A program made the translations under genes and the position numbers. From IMG/VR virus record IMGVR_UViG_3300045988_122521: a stretch of DNA of 64,000 nucleotides; one strand, written 5' to 3'. The notes under the pieces were generated by a model. That model did not search any database. It was not told where the DNA came from and was given only the letters and a program-made list of their open reading frames with translations. Within the stretch, counting starts at the first letter, position 1, and every line of letters begins with the position of its first letter. This document shows, in pieces, positions 1 through 10,336 of this stretch. The DNA is from a virus.

Positions 1-1587
1 CGGTTCTCCGATCAGCGCATCCGTTGCAAAGGACGTAGCATCTACGCCGAAAACATAGTAGATATAGGTCCCCTGTGATGCCGCCGCACAGTCCAGCACG
101 CTCTGCTCGCTGTATGCCAGGTCCGCCACGTGATCCAGCTTCACGGCGCCTTCTGTACGGCGGTAGACCGCCCACCCTGTCAGCTGCTTTTGAGCCGCGA
201 TGTTGCCTCCGCGGAGGTCACTTGCAAAGTCCGCCAAGAACTTTGTGTTTTCTCCAAATTCCGGCTCGTACCCCTGCATCGACAGCAGCGCCGTCACCAC
301 GTCGTCCGCCAGATCACCGCTCTCTATCCACAGATAGTCGCAGACCTGCGCACCGCGCAGCGTGATCTTTCCCACGGTCATACCGGCAGCCTTGGCGTCC
401 GTACTGTATGCTGCCAGCAGTGTCCTTTTCCTCTTTGGGAGCAGCTCCTTGGATGGAGCGAGCACCGCGCTGGGAAACAGACCCTGCATGTACCTTCGTC
501 GGATATAGAACTTTCCTCCCGTCAAGACCGCAGTGATCTCGTCCTCCACAGAGAACTTCTCCGTCACCGATCCCACCGTCTCGCCGTTGTTTATGACCTC
601 GGCTGCCGTTTCGGACAGCACAATTTCCAGCGTCTCCCCCGACGTCCCCGTCAGGGAAAATAGCGTGACGGGCAGTTCCTTGATGGTGCCCCGCCATACG
701 ATGCTTACTGGAGCCTGTATCTCCATAGGTGTCCCTGTCACAGTATCCCATGTAATGGAGGAACCGACCGGCAGGGATAATTCCCCACCGCGCACGGTGT
801 ACCTTCCTTCCGCCACTCCGGGGATGTCGTATGCCCCTGGCCACGATACCAGCACGCCGCTGAGCCTTCGCTTCACACACGCCGTCACGGCTCCTGCATA
901 ACCGGTGGTGCTGTATGACACGCGGAAGGACACCCACCCCGTGTCCGCTGTTACGCCGCTGCTGGTCTCCACCGTACACCTCACCGCGTATCCCTGCCCC
1001 GCAAAAAGTCCGTCGTAGTGGAACCGCAGCATCGCCGTCGGCACATTTCCCGTGTCGTACAGCGGTGTATCTGTATCCCCCTCTGCCGCCAGACGCCAAC
1101 GCACCCAGACGATGGAGTCTCCCTGCGCCTGTGTATAGGCCGCGGTCCAGGTCATCTCCTTGGTCGTCACCGGCGTGGTAAAACTGTTGATTTTCAGGGT
1201 CGGCGCACTTCTGCACAGGAAAACGGACGCCGACTGCTGGGTGATGCTGTCGCTGCTGGACCACCACTGGGTGATGAGCATCTTATAGCTGTTTCCGTTG
1301 CGGATGCCTGCCGACGCCAGCGCCGACGCGGCGATGGTGTAGGAGAAAAACACCACATTTCCGCCGGCATCACGTCCGTAAAAGGGGCAGCCGTCCGATT
1401 TTTTGCCGCTGTCATACAGCAGTGTGCTGGCCGTCGTATTGTCCAGTATCCTGATTCGGAACGCCGTCATGGCGTTCTGCCCATCCACCTGCCACGATAC
1501 CGGCATGTCAGCTGTGGCATCCACCGTCCCGTTCCCCAGCGCTCCCAGCGTAGATGGTGTCACATTCGTGGGCATAAAAAGGGCCAT
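1..1587 (-). CDS. Phage tail/baseplate structural protein, C-terminus beyond window edge
   Basis: Not in the ORF track because no stop lies in the window. Manual minus-strand translation from ATG 1587 (RBS GGGGGAGAG) gives 529 uninterrupted codons, MALFMPTNVTPSTLGALGNGTVDATADMPVSWQVDGQ... It is the last gene of the tail operon. Confidence 0.6.
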   Translation of the reverse strand, partial: MALFMPTNVTPSTLGALGNGTVDATADMPVSWQVDGQNAMTAFRIRILDNTTASTLLYDSGKKSDGCPFYGRDAGGNVVFFSYTIAASALASAGIRNGNSYKMLITQWWSSSDSITQQSASVFLCRSAPTLKINSFTTPVTTKEMTWTAAYTQAQGDSIVWVRWRLAAEGDTDTPLYDTGNVPTAMLRFHYDGLFAGQGYAVRCTVETSSGVTADTGWVSFRVSYSTTGYAGAVTACVKRRLSGVLVSWPGAYDIPGVAEGRYTVRGGELSLPVGSSITWDTVTGTPMEIQAPVSIVWRGTIKELPVTLFSLTGTSGETLEIVLSETAAEVINNGETVGSVTEKFSVEDEITAVLTGGKFYIRRRYMQGLFPSAVLAPSKELLPKRKRTLLAAYSTDAKAAGMTVGKITLRGAQVCDYLWIESGDLADDVVTALLSMQGYEPEFGENTKFLADFASDLRGGNIAAQKQLTGWAVYRRTEGAVKLDHVADLAYSEQSVLDCAAASQGTYIYYVFGVDATSFATDALIGEP

Positions 1588-1604
1588 TCCGCTCTCCCCC
1601 TTTC

Positions 1605-2876
1605 CTATTTGTCATCCGTTTTCAGCGGCCACAGCGATACCGTCGCCGCTGGGAAGTCCGCTACGCTGACGGCGGAGATCGTCATAGCGCCGTCTCCCGC
1701 CAGCGGCCTGCTGAACCCCATCACCAGATGCCGCTCCGTAGGCGACCCCCGCTTGTCCGTCCGGACGATCCGCACGATCTCGTTTTCCCTGATGTGGAAA
1801 AGCTGCCCACAGGAAATGTCCACGCTTTTCTGCAAGACCGTTGCCCGCTTCAATTCCCATTCCGCCCTGTCTCTGCACTGCGTTTGGGTGGTGTACCCGT
1901 CCTCGCTGGTCCACACGGTCTTGCGCCCGATGAGCTGTACGTTGGTGTCGCTCATAGGGTCATTGTTGGTGGCCCTGGCCCCTGGCTGCGCGTTGTCATC
2001 CAGCGCAGCGCCCAACACGATGTAGTCGTTGTAGACCTCCGTGTTCTCTGCCGTGTACGTCATCCCCAGCAGTTCTGTTTCCCCCATGGAGAAAGTGTGG
2101 CTCACCGGCTTTTCGCTGTCCAGCAGGTCATCCTGGCTGGGGTCTATCCGCAGCCGCCCTGTGGGATCGTAGCCGATCCAGGCATTGAGCATCTCGGCAA
2201 ATCCCAGCATCACCGAAGCATATGTGCCGCTCCCCGGGTCCACCTCCAGCGTGTACGGCGCATCCACGAGGTTTGCTTTCGTACCGTCCGCCAGCTCCTG
2301 GGTTTTCCCGTTGTAATATTCCGTATATACTGGCGGCAGCGGATCTACCTTCTGCCCGTTTCCTTTATCGTCCTGCAGCAGTTTATCCATCTGCTGAAAG
2401 ATGTTCACTCCCAGGGCGCCGCGATACGTGCCCTCCAGTTTTCCCCAGAGGCTCCCGTCCAGGCCGGCCCACTTGTCCACCAGTTCGTACTCGATGGTTC
2501 GCCTCCCTGACTCCACCGTCTCCCTTGGCGTCTCGATGAGGAATACGCCCTGCTGTATGTAGTAGTCCTCCCCATTGGGCAGCACCAGCCCCTCGTCCAG
2601 CGCGATCTCCTGCCCGAACCACATCCGGTCCACGTTGTAGTCGAACGCCCCGTCCGAATTGGCCAGCGTCACAGACGCCGTGCGCCGCACCCCGTTCTGC
2701 AAATTTACCGTCAGCGTTCCCTCTGCAATAAATGCGCCGCTGTGCCGGTTTTTCGGGTTGTTGTCCACGAAGAACGCCGTGCTGCCGTCAGGATTCAGGA
2801 ACCGCAGCCTGCACAGTTTCTGGAACCGCCCTTTTACCGCCCGCAGATACGCCAGATATTTTTCCTGTTCCGTCAT
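1605..2876 (-). CDS. Phage tail/baseplate protein (distal tail or hub-like)
   Basis: 423-aa ORF with RBS GGCGGAGG, downstream of the tape-measure cluster. Size and position fit a tail-tip protein, but no diagnostic motif was recognised. Confidence 0.6.
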   Translation of the reverse strand: MTEQEKYLAYLRAVKGRFQKLCRLRFLNPDGSTAFFVDNNPKNRHSGAFIAEGTLTVNLQNGVRRTASVTLANSDGAFDYNVDRMWFGQEIALDEGLVLPNGEDYYIQQGVFLIETPRETVESGRRTIEYELVDKWAGLDGSLWGKLEGTYRGALGVNIFQQMDKLLQDDKGNGQKVDPLPPVYTEYYNGKTQELADGTKANLVDAPYTLEVDPGSGTYASVMLGFAEMLNAWIGYDPTGRLRIDPSQDDLLDSEKPVSHTFSMGETELLGMTYTAENTEVYNDYIVLGAALDDNAQPGARATNNDPMSDTNVQLIGRKTVWTSEDGYTTQTQCRDRAEWELKRATVLQKSVDISCGQLFHIRENEIVRIVRTDKRGSPTERHLVMGFSRPLAGDGAMTISAVSVADFPAATVSLWPLKTDDK

Positions 2877-2893
2877 GGCCTATCCTCCGCCGT

Positions 2894-3100
2894 TCACCGG
2901 TTCCGCTTCCGCTTTCTGCGCTCCTCCGCTGCCGCCAGTGCCTCGCGCTCCTCGTCTGTGGCGGTGCGAACGCCTTTGATTTCCGGATTGTCCTTCCGGT
3001 ACTGGCTCTCCCGCGTGATGTAATATCGCCCCGTGATCCCCGTGATGGGGATCTCTCTGCCATTCTTCATAACCAGAATGTGTCTCGTCTTTTTCGCCAT
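2894..3100 (-). CDS. Small phage protein, basic C-terminus
   Basis: 68 aa, RBS AAAGGAG, C-terminal KRKRNR tail. Confidence 0.55.
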   Translation of the reverse strand: MAKKTRHILVMKNGREIPITGITGRYYITRESQYRKDNPEIKGVRTATDEEREALAAAEERRKRKRNR

Positions 3101-3117
3101 GCTCCGGCTCCTTTCTC

Positions 3118-3420
3118 TCAGAGGTTTCTCCCGTCGGGGTACATGAATACCACCCTGTTCCCCGCGTTTCCTCCGTCTCCGAATACCAGCACCACCACCT
3201 GCTCTCCCACCTGTGCGCCAGCCATGCTGGACACATAGGGGAGAGCCGTTTCCTGTGTATCAAACGGGCGCTTCACGGTGAGCTTTCCATCTGCCGCCGC
3301 GCCCGTCACCTCCGCGCGGTAGTACCTTACGCCGCTGCGCTGGGACTCCTTGAGCTTCCGCGCGAAAAAGTTATCCCAAAGCCTTTGGGCAAAAGATGCG
3401 AGGTCCTTTATGCTGTCCAT
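3118..3420 (-). CDS. Hypothetical phage tail-associated protein
   Basis: 100 aa, RBS AAGGAGAA, directly after the tape-measure stop. Confidence 0.6.
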   Translation of the reverse strand: MDSIKDLASFAQRLWDNFFARKLKESQRSGVRYYRAEVTGAAADGKLTVKRPFDTQETALPYVSSMAGAQVGEQVVVLVFGDGGNAGNRVVFMYPDGRNL

Positions 3421-3429
3421 ATTTTCTCC

Positions 3430-6400
3430 TTATCCGCCATACGGCTGAAGATGGTGGGCCATCCGCCGCAGTTCCGCCACCGTTGTGGTCTCCGCCTGCT
3501 CCTTCGTCAGCGTGATGCTGCCGTAGTGATACTCCGGTCCGCTGTGGTCGGTATAGCTGCGGTTGTCGCTCTTTCCCGCCATGTTCTGTGCGGCGGGGCG
3601 CTCCACGCCGTACAGGTATCCCAGCTCGCCCATCCGCTGCCGGAATACGCCGTTGGCCGACGGCCTGAGCATCTTTTCCGTGATGTCCGGCGGCAGCACC
3701 ATCTCGTCATCCACCGTGGCCTTGATGCCGCCCAATCCCTTGAGCACGCCGCCGCTGTCGTAGCGGGCCACCTTGTTTACGCCGCCTCCGCCGCTGGGCT
3801 TGGGCTTTGCCGCTCCACCCACGGCGCCCGCTACGGCACCAGACGCAGAGGGCTTTGTGCTGCTGGGAGAGTTCGCCGCCCCGCCGACGGCACCCGAAAC
3901 AGCCGCAGATGTGGACGGGTTTGTGCTGCTGGGCACATCGGCTGCCGCTCCTGCGGCAGCACTGATAGCCGCCTGTGCTTTCCGCTTTCGCTCCGCAGCC
4001 TCCTCCCATGCGTCCGCTATTGCTTCCGCCGCATCCTTGTTCTGTTTCACACTGGTGTTCAGGTACTCGCCTTCTGCCGCTACTGCGCCATCCAGCCCGT
4101 CCAGATAGTCCTGCCATGCGTCTATCTTGATTTGATACGCCGCCTTGATGGCCTCTATCCGCGCCTCCAGTTCCGCCACGGCGAGATCCAGCTCCACCTC
4201 CCGCTCATAGTCCCGCAGGTCCTTTTTGGCGTTCTCCAGATCCTCCTCGGCGTCCTTCACTTTGTTGGCATCCGCCACCCATTCCCACTGTCCGGTGGCG
4301 GCGTTGTACTGCCGCACGGTCCGCTCGTTACGGGCGTTCAGCAGGGCATCCTGCTTTTTCAGGACATCCAGCTTCAGTTCTTCCAGTTTTTCGCCCCGCT
4401 CGATCTCCTCGTTCTGCTTTTTCAGGGCGTCGATCTGATCCTCCAGCGGTTCGATCTCTGCGTCCCGCTGCTTCTCCAGTTCCTTGATGGCCGCCTGCGC
4501 CCTCTTGCGCTCCGCGGCATCAGAACTGCCGCCGGAGCCGCTTGACCCGCCGGAGCTGCTCCCCGCAGCGGCAGAAACGCCGCTTTCCTGTCCGGCGCTC
4601 CCCGCGCCGTCCAGTACCGAGGATACCGTGGAGGAAATAATGTTTCCGACCGTCCCTGTGAGCAGTCCTACAAGACTGATCTCCTTGGCGGTATACGCCG
4701 CCTGTATGGCCGTCTGCTCCAGCTGAAATCGCAGCATCGCCAGCGCCTGTATCTGCTGATTCAGGTCCAGTTTCGTGTTGCTGAGGATCTTCGCGGCGGA
4801 AACCGTGTCATACAGAGCGTCCTCCGCCGTGCCTGCCGCTCTGGCTTCCTCTATCAGTGACGCGATCCATTCGTAGGTGATGCCCGTCACCTTGCCCAGA
4901 ATAATGGAGGTATTGTCGTAGGCCGCCACCAGCGCCTTCTGCTCCTCCGTCACATCGTACCCCGCCGCGATGGCCGCGCGGATAGTCTCCACGCTCTCCT
5001 CGCGGGCGGCGTTCAGCTTCTCCAGTGCGGTATAATACTCGCCCGCAGACATCTCTCCGGCACGGTACTGCTCCTCAATCTGCGCCAGTTCCTCGCGGTA
5101 GTTGCGCAGCGCCACGATGTCCATGCGCTCGGTCTTTGCCGCACCTACTGCCATGCCGCCGGTATTGGCATCCATGCCGTCTACTATCACGGTGGCACCG
5201 GTTCCGTGAATGGCGTTCCAGTCCTCCCACGCCTTTTTCTTCGCGGCCTCCAGCTGCTTTTCCTGCTCCTCGCGGGTCGCCTGCAAAACCTCCAAACGCC
5301 TCTTCTCAGCGTCTGTCAGCTCCTCGGTTTTGTTGATGAGCTCGTCATATTCACTTTTTGTCTCGTCCAGTGCGCTTTGCGCCGCTTTCACATCCTCCAG
5401 CGACTTTTCATAGGCCCGCGCCTTTTCCGTGCTCAGACTGATGGCCACCGCCAGCGCCGCGAATATTGCCGCCCCGATGCCGATTTTAGGGAGTACAGCC
5501 AGCAAGTTCTTCATCTGGCCCGTCAGCTGTGTCATCGCCATAGCGTTCCCGCCGATGGCAGAAGTCAGCGTACCAAAGAACGTGCCGATAGCAGTTTGTG
5601 TCATCAGCGCCGTAAGCCCTTTGGTTGCCAGAGCTACTGCTCCCGCCAGGAGGCCCATCCGCACCACAAGCCGCCCTGTATCGCTATCCAGGAACTCCAC
5701 AAGGCCAATCACGACATCCAGCGCGTCCTTGATGGTATCCGTCTCCACCAGATGGCTCACAAACTCCGTCCACTTGTTGTGGAGGATCTCCGTCTTGCGA
5801 GACCAGCTGTCCAGCGCGTTTTCCACTTCTTTGTCCGCGCTGCCTGCCGCATTGGCGAAGTCCCCCAGCATGGACTCGTACATGTCCCAGTTCTGTATCA
5901 GCGCCAGCAGCTGCGAGGTCCGCAGCTTTCCGCCGATGTCGCTGACCATCTCCATCAGCTGCTGTTCCGTCAGCAGCCCGTCCTTCATGCTCTGGGCCAG
6001 CCCCGCGATGGCCTTCATGGGATCAATTACGCTTCCCGTGGCCTGCGCCGCGTCGTAGGCGTCCTTGGCGTAGATCTTGATAACGTCACGCAGCCCCGCG
6101 ATCTCGCCGGTGGTCCACGTCACGCCCTCGTCGATCTCCGTCTTGGTATCGCCGATAATATTCAGGAAAAGTGCCCGCAGCGCCGTGGACGCCTCCGTGC
6201 CGCTCCGCTGTGTCACCGCCGTGATGGTTCCAATGGCCGCCGTCAGCTCGTCTACGCCCACGTGGGCCTGTGCCGCGATGGGGGCCACCTTGCCAAGCCC
6301 CTCTGCGATCTTCGAAATACTGGTGGCGTACTTGTTGTCGATCTCGTTGGCGCCGTCCAGCACTTTCGTCAGCTGCTCGATGCTGCCCTTGTACTGGTAC

Positions 6401-7371
6401 GCCGCATCCACGCTCAGTAGGAACTGCTGGGCCGTCTCCGCGTCCGTATCGCCCACGATCTGCGTCTTGGTGGCCAGCTCCGCCAGCGCGGACGCCTGCT
6501 CGCCGTATCCGGCGCGGCTGAAATTCGCCACGCTGTTCAGGTACTCGTCTGCCGCCACACCGTAGGCACTGGCAGTCTCATACGCCTGCTTCTCGATCTT
6601 ATCCAGTTCTGCCGTGGTAGCGCCGGTGACTTTGCGAATCGTCACCATCTCGTCGTCCACGTCCTTCATGGTCTCCAGGGCTTCCGTGAAACTGCGCTTT
6701 ACGCCCGCGATGGCGTTGCCCAGCAGCTGCCACATAGCCATCTGGGCAACGATCTTTCCGAAACTCTTTCCCATCAGGCCCGCAAAGCCGCTGCTCTCCT
6801 TGGCCGCCTGCCCCACCGACTTGACCTTCTGCGCTGCTTTTTCCGCGCTCTGCTGAACTTTGCCGCTGGCGGTCAAAAACGCCTTTTCAAATACCGTCGC
6901 GCTCTCTTTGGCGCTTTTTCCGCTCAGTCCGCCTATACCGGTAATATCTTCAATACGGCTCTGCATCGCCGTGGGCGTATAGGTTCCGCTCTGCTGCGCC
7001 GCATAGGCACGGTAAGCATCGTTGGCTGCCCGCATCTGCGCCGCAGCCTTCTGTGCCGCCCTGGACTGCGCTTCGAAGTTCTGCGTCACTTTCCCCTGCG
7101 TAGTTTCCAGTTTTCCCGTCTCTGCGTTCAGTCGCTGGGTGATCTGGACTGTCTCCCCCACTTTGCCGCTGAACTGCGACACCGCTCCCGTCAATTTGTT
7201 ATTGCCGTCAAAAACCCGTGTCAGTTTGGTCAGGTTTTGAGCAGTCGCTTTGAGGTTTACATTGGCCTGCTGCGTATCAACGTTCAAAGTTACGGGAGCT
7301 CCTTGCAGCTTCGTCAGTTCGCTTTTCAGCTGCGAGAAATCAGGTACAGCCGTCACCTTAAAAATCGCCAT
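3430..7371 (-). CDS. Tail tape measure protein
   Basis: 1313 aa with a TP901-type core (ATSISKIAEGLGKVAPIAAQAHVGVDELTAAIGTITAVTQRSGTEAS), hydrophobic helices and long coiled coils. RBS GGAGG. Confidence 0.9.
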   Translation of the reverse strand: MAIFKVTAVPDFSQLKSELTKLQGAPVTLNVDTQQANVNLKATAQNLTKLTRVFDGNNKLTGAVSQFSGKVGETVQITQRLNAETGKLETTQGKVTQNFEAQSRAAQKAAAQMRAANDAYRAYAAQQSGTYTPTAMQSRIEDITGIGGLSGKSAKESATVFEKAFLTASGKVQQSAEKAAQKVKSVGQAAKESSGFAGLMGKSFGKIVAQMAMWQLLGNAIAGVKRSFTEALETMKDVDDEMVTIRKVTGATTAELDKIEKQAYETASAYGVAADEYLNSVANFSRAGYGEQASALAELATKTQIVGDTDAETAQQFLLSVDAAYQYKGSIEQLTKVLDGANEIDNKYATSISKIAEGLGKVAPIAAQAHVGVDELTAAIGTITAVTQRSGTEASTALRALFLNIIGDTKTEIDEGVTWTTGEIAGLRDVIKIYAKDAYDAAQATGSVIDPMKAIAGLAQSMKDGLLTEQQLMEMVSDIGGKLRTSQLLALIQNWDMYESMLGDFANAAGSADKEVENALDSWSRKTEILHNKWTEFVSHLVETDTIKDALDVVIGLVEFLDSDTGRLVVRMGLLAGAVALATKGLTALMTQTAIGTFFGTLTSAIGGNAMAMTQLTGQMKNLLAVLPKIGIGAAIFAALAVAISLSTEKARAYEKSLEDVKAAQSALDETKSEYDELINKTEELTDAEKRRLEVLQATREEQEKQLEAAKKKAWEDWNAIHGTGATVIVDGMDANTGGMAVGAAKTERMDIVALRNYREELAQIEEQYRAGEMSAGEYYTALEKLNAAREESVETIRAAIAAGYDVTEEQKALVAAYDNTSIILGKVTGITYEWIASLIEEARAAGTAEDALYDTVSAAKILSNTKLDLNQQIQALAMLRFQLEQTAIQAAYTAKEISLVGLLTGTVGNIISSTVSSVLDGAGSAGQESGVSAAAGSSSGGSSGSGGSSDAAERKRAQAAIKELEKQRDAEIEPLEDQIDALKKQNEEIERGEKLEELKLDVLKKQDALLNARNERTVRQYNAATGQWEWVADANKVKDAEEDLENAKKDLRDYEREVELDLAVAELEARIEAIKAAYQIKIDAWQDYLDGLDGAVAAEGEYLNTSVKQNKDAAEAIADAWEEAAERKRKAQAAISAAAGAAADVPSSTNPSTSAAVSGAVGGAANSPSSTKPSASGAVAGAVGGAAKPKPSGGGGVNKVARYDSGGVLKGLGGIKATVDDEMVLPPDITEKMLRPSANGVFRQRMGELGYLYGVERPAAQNMAGKSDNRSYTDHSGPEYHYGSITLTKEQAETTTVAELRRMAHHLQPYGG
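3809..3934. repeat. Two tandem ~66-nt (22-aa) repeats inside the tape-measure gene
   Basis: Encodes SSTNPSTSAAVSGAVGGAANSP / SSTKPSASGAVAGAVGGAAKPK. The nucleotide units align by eye. Confidence 0.6.
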
Positions 7372-7374
7372 ACG

Positions 7375-7920
7375 CTACCTCCAATCGTCCTCTTCCCGTA
7401 TCACGCCGCCATTCTCTGTCAGCCCAAGCGCAGGGTCAGCAGCGTTCATGGCCCGCACCAGCGTCTCTTCGGCTCTGCCGCCATCTATCATTTCCTGTAC
7501 GAAGTTGCTGAAAAACGGCCTCTTGGGCGGCTTTCTCGTCCAGTTGTAATCTGGATCTCTTTTCTCAATGCGCTTCACCAGATCATCGCCGTCCACGTGG
7601 GGATCTATCTCATTTCCCTCGCCGTCCTCGGCACCGCTGGGCTGATACCGCAGCGCCAGATTCATACCGCCGTCCCGCTCGTCGGAGTACACCGTAGCGC
7701 TGGCCTGCATATCCGCGAGGCCTCCGTGGTCTCTGCGCCGCACATATTCGATAGGCTGAAACTGGTCATACACATCATTTTCCACGTGGTCTTGCAGGCA
7801 CAGCCGCATATCGTCCGCCATGGTCTGTCTGGAAGCGCGGAAGGCATCTCTCACCTGCTTTTCCAGTGCAGCGATGTCCCGCTCAAATCCGCTGAACTGT
7901 CCCACCAGCCTGGATGCCAT
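7375..7920 (-). CDS. Hypothetical tail-module protein
   Basis: Start refined to ATG 7920 (MASRLVGQFSG..., RBS GGCGAGGAAA). Lies between the major-tail-like gene and the tape measure. Confidence 0.55.
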   Translation of the reverse strand: MASRLVGQFSGFERDIAALEKQVRDAFRASRQTMADDMRLCLQDHVENDVYDQFQPIEYVRRRDHGGLADMQASATVYSDERDGGMNLALRYQPSGAEDGEGNEIDPHVDGDDLVKRIEKRDPDYNWTRKPPKRPFFSNFVQEMIDGGRAEETLVRAMNAADPALGLTENGGVIREEDDWR

Positions 7921-7982
7921 TTTCCTCGCCCCCTTGGTATTCCACACGCCAGGATGCCGCATCCGCCGCATCCTCGCGTCTG

Positions 7983-8024
7983 CCCCCTCCCCCGCCGCCT
8001 CAGCGGAGGAGGGGGTGTTTTTTT
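7983..8024. terminator. GC-rich hairpin just after the major-tail-like gene
   Basis: CCCCCTCCCCCGC...GCGGAGGAGGGGG stem. The T7 run follows on the plus strand only (A-run side in gene sense), so orientation and function are ambiguous. Confidence 0.35.
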
Positions 8025-9141
8025 AGGCTTCCGTGACGCTCACCGCGCACTGGGCGGTGAAACTCTTGTCCCCGTAGCGGAACGTCACCGTCATGTCCGC
8101 GTCACCGGTGGTCTCGCCCGCCATGATGACGCCGGTGCTCTGCCCCACAGTGGTGCCGCTGGGCGCTCCGGTCATGGCGTAGGTGCACTTGGCGGGGTCC
8201 AGCGCCACCAGCTGACCGTTGGCCATCACGGCCTGCGGACGCACCTGAGCCGTGCCGCTCTTGGGCACCGAGATCACGCCGCCAATGGCCGCCACCAGAC
8301 CCGTGACAACATCTGCGTCACCGTCGGGCACCAGTACGTACCAGCCCAGCGCGGAGCCGCTGCAATCCTCGCACTGGCCGCTGACCACCAGCTCGTCCGC
8401 GGAGATGGCTCTGCCCACGATGGCCGTGGTGTCGTAATTGCTCTGGCTGCCGGTCACAACGGCGGTATCCGCCTGGAGCTTCAGGGGCACATGGACATAC
8501 AGCCAGCCCCAGCGGGTGCCCTCATTGGTTTTGGCGTTCACGTTGCTGTAAACGGCCATCTGGGCGGTAAACAGGCCCACCTTACCGTTCATGGCGGTGG
8601 TTAGCTTGCCGCACATGGCGCTGAGCTTCTCCACGAAGTACCACACCTTGTACTGCTTACCGCTGACGGCGGTAAAGCCGCTGACCGTGCCATCCGCAGC
8701 GATCCCGTATGCGATACCGTCGGCCGCGATGGCGGACGCGGTACCCACCTCCTGCACGTAGCATACGGCCTTACTCATGCCATACTGCGCGGCGGGCACA
8801 CCTTCCGTCACATCCACCTTCAGCGCGGCGGAGTCCGCCGTCACCACCTGGCAGACGGGAGCCACAGCATTGTAGGTCACGCCCGCACCCACACCGGCCA
8901 GCTTGGTCTTCAGATCCATATTGGCCTGGGTGAAGTTCACCTGGATGTCGGCATCGCTCTCCACGATGGTGGCGATACCATTGCCCAGTCCTGCCCGCAG
9001 GGGATCACTGTTGCTGCTGGGGGTAATGTTGCCCTCCTGGAACTTGTTGCTGGAGAAATAGATGTCTCCGGTGGTCATGTCCGCGAACTGCGCCGAGCAG
9101 ATACCGCGGGTGTAAAGATTCGGATCATTAAAACGGATCAT
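8023..9141 (-). CDS. Putative major tail protein with C-terminal Ig-like domain
   Basis: 372 aa, upstream of the tape-measure cluster. The C-terminal part resembles a Big_2-type Ig domain (GTAQVRPQAVMANGQLV...TVTFRYGDKSFTAQCAVSV). Confidence 0.5.
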   Translation of the reverse strand: MIRFNDPNLYTRGICSAQFADMTTGDIYFSSNKFQEGNITPSSNSDPLRAGLGNGIATIVESDADIQVNFTQANMDLKTKLAGVGAGVTYNAVAPVCQVVTADSAALKVDVTEGVPAAQYGMSKAVCYVQEVGTASAIAADGIAYGIAADGTVSGFTAVSGKQYKVWYFVEKLSAMCGKLTTAMNGKVGLFTAQMAVYSNVNAKTNEGTRWGWLYVHVPLKLQADTAVVTGSQSNYDTTAIVGRAISADELVVSGQCEDCSGSALGWYVLVPDGDADVVTGLVAAIGGVISVPKSGTAQVRPQAVMANGQLVALDPAKCTYAMTGAPSGTTVGQSTGVIMAGETTGDADMTVTFRYGDKSFTAQCAVSVTEA

Positions 9142-9177
9142 ATGCTTTTCACACTCCTCTTTGTATGTTGGTCGTTG

Positions 9178-9981
9178 TCACGCCTGTCCCAGATTTCGCG
9201 TCGCCTGCTCCATGGGCCGCAGCCCCACGTTGCCGGCACTTTCCTTTTCATAAAACAGGCTTGGGTACGGATTCCCCGTTTTCCACGTGGTCCCCTGTGC
9301 CTCCGCCACAGCGCATACCGCATAGCTCACGATGCGCTGCCACGTTTTTGTTTTTTCCCGCAGTTTCAGAATGGGCCATCTCTCGATGTCCGCCTCCTCC
9401 ACGTGCTCCAGCGCCGCCACAGTGGAAATACGTTCCCATACGTCCCCAGACAGCGGCGCCCCGCTCATTTTTGCCAATTCACGCTGCGCCTCAATGAGCT
9501 CCGGATTGGCCTCCGGCGATGCCAGTTCAATGCCGTTCTGTGCTGCTGCGATCTCCCGCAGCCTCTGAAACTGCACCGGCGTCACGCGGTGCGTCTCCTC
9601 ACCGTCCACGGTGAACTCCACCGCCTTCAGCCGTCCCATATCGTCGGGGTCCACCAGACACCGGAACATTCTCGCCCGCTTTTCCGGTCCCAGTCCTCTC
9701 CCCAGCCGCAGGGAGAGCGCCAGCATCAGAAGCGCACGCGGGAATAGTCCGATGCCCGCTTCGCCCGCCTGTATGGCGTCATATTCCATCCGATAGAGGG
9801 CCGCCAGCAGCGGCATGGCCGCATACGTCACAGGGAGACTCTGCTGCACGATGTCGATGCCCGGTCTTGCCAACTCAAATTCCTCTATCTCCTCCACCGT
9901 GATGGGGTACAGCACCAGCCCGTCCGTCTCGATCTCCTCGTAGCGGCGGCAGGCTCGTTGTATGGTCTGTGAGAGTACCAT
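9178..9981 (-). CDS. Hypothetical phage protein
   Basis: 267 aa, RBS GAAAGGAAG. Confidence 0.55.
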   Translation of the reverse strand: MVLSQTIQRACRRYEEIETDGLVLYPITVEEIEEFELARPGIDIVQQSLPVTYAAMPLLAALYRMEYDAIQAGEAGIGLFPRALLMLALSLRLGRGLGPEKRARMFRCLVDPDDMGRLKAVEFTVDGEETHRVTPVQFQRLREIAAAQNGIELASPEANPELIEAQRELAKMSGAPLSGDVWERISTVAALEHVEEADIERWPILKLREKTKTWQRIVSYAVCAVAEAQGTTWKTGNPYPSLFYEKESAGNVGLRPMEQATRNLGQA

Positions 9982-10013
9982 ATCAAACTTCCTTTCTCAC
10001 GAAAACCCTTCTT

Positions 10014-10316
10014 TCAGACATGGATCCCCGCCTGGGCCAGCAGCGCCGCCACGGCGCCGCCCAGCACAAGCCACACGATCTTTTCGATCACGTCGTTCCA
10101 CCGCTTTGCCGGCAGATTCGTCAGCGACTTCACGTCTTTCTTCACCTCGGAAATATCCTCCCGAATGTCCTTCTGCTCCTGCGTCATCAGCGCTACCGAC
10201 GTGGCCAGTTCGTTCAGAGCTTTCTGCTCCTGCGCCAGCTCGTCAATGCGGTGTGTGTTGCTTTTGCTCCGCTGCTCCACCTCCGCCAGCCGGTGCTCCA
10301 TCTGCACTTCATCCAT
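10014..10316 (-). CDS. xhlA: XhlA-like haemolysin/holin-associated membrane protein
   Basis: Start refined to ATG 10316 (RBS GGAGGACGG). MDEVQMEHRLAEVEQRSKSNTHRIDEL coiled coil plus a C-terminal TM helix (IVWLVLGGAVAALLAQAGI), as in the XhlA family. Confidence 0.65.
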   Translation of the reverse strand: MDEVQMEHRLAEVEQRSKSNTHRIDELAQEQKALNELATSVALMTQEQKDIREDISEVKKDVKSLTNLPAKRWNDVIEKIVWLVLGGAVAALLAQAGIHV

Positions 10317-10336
10317 CTGCGCCGTCCTCCGTTCCT

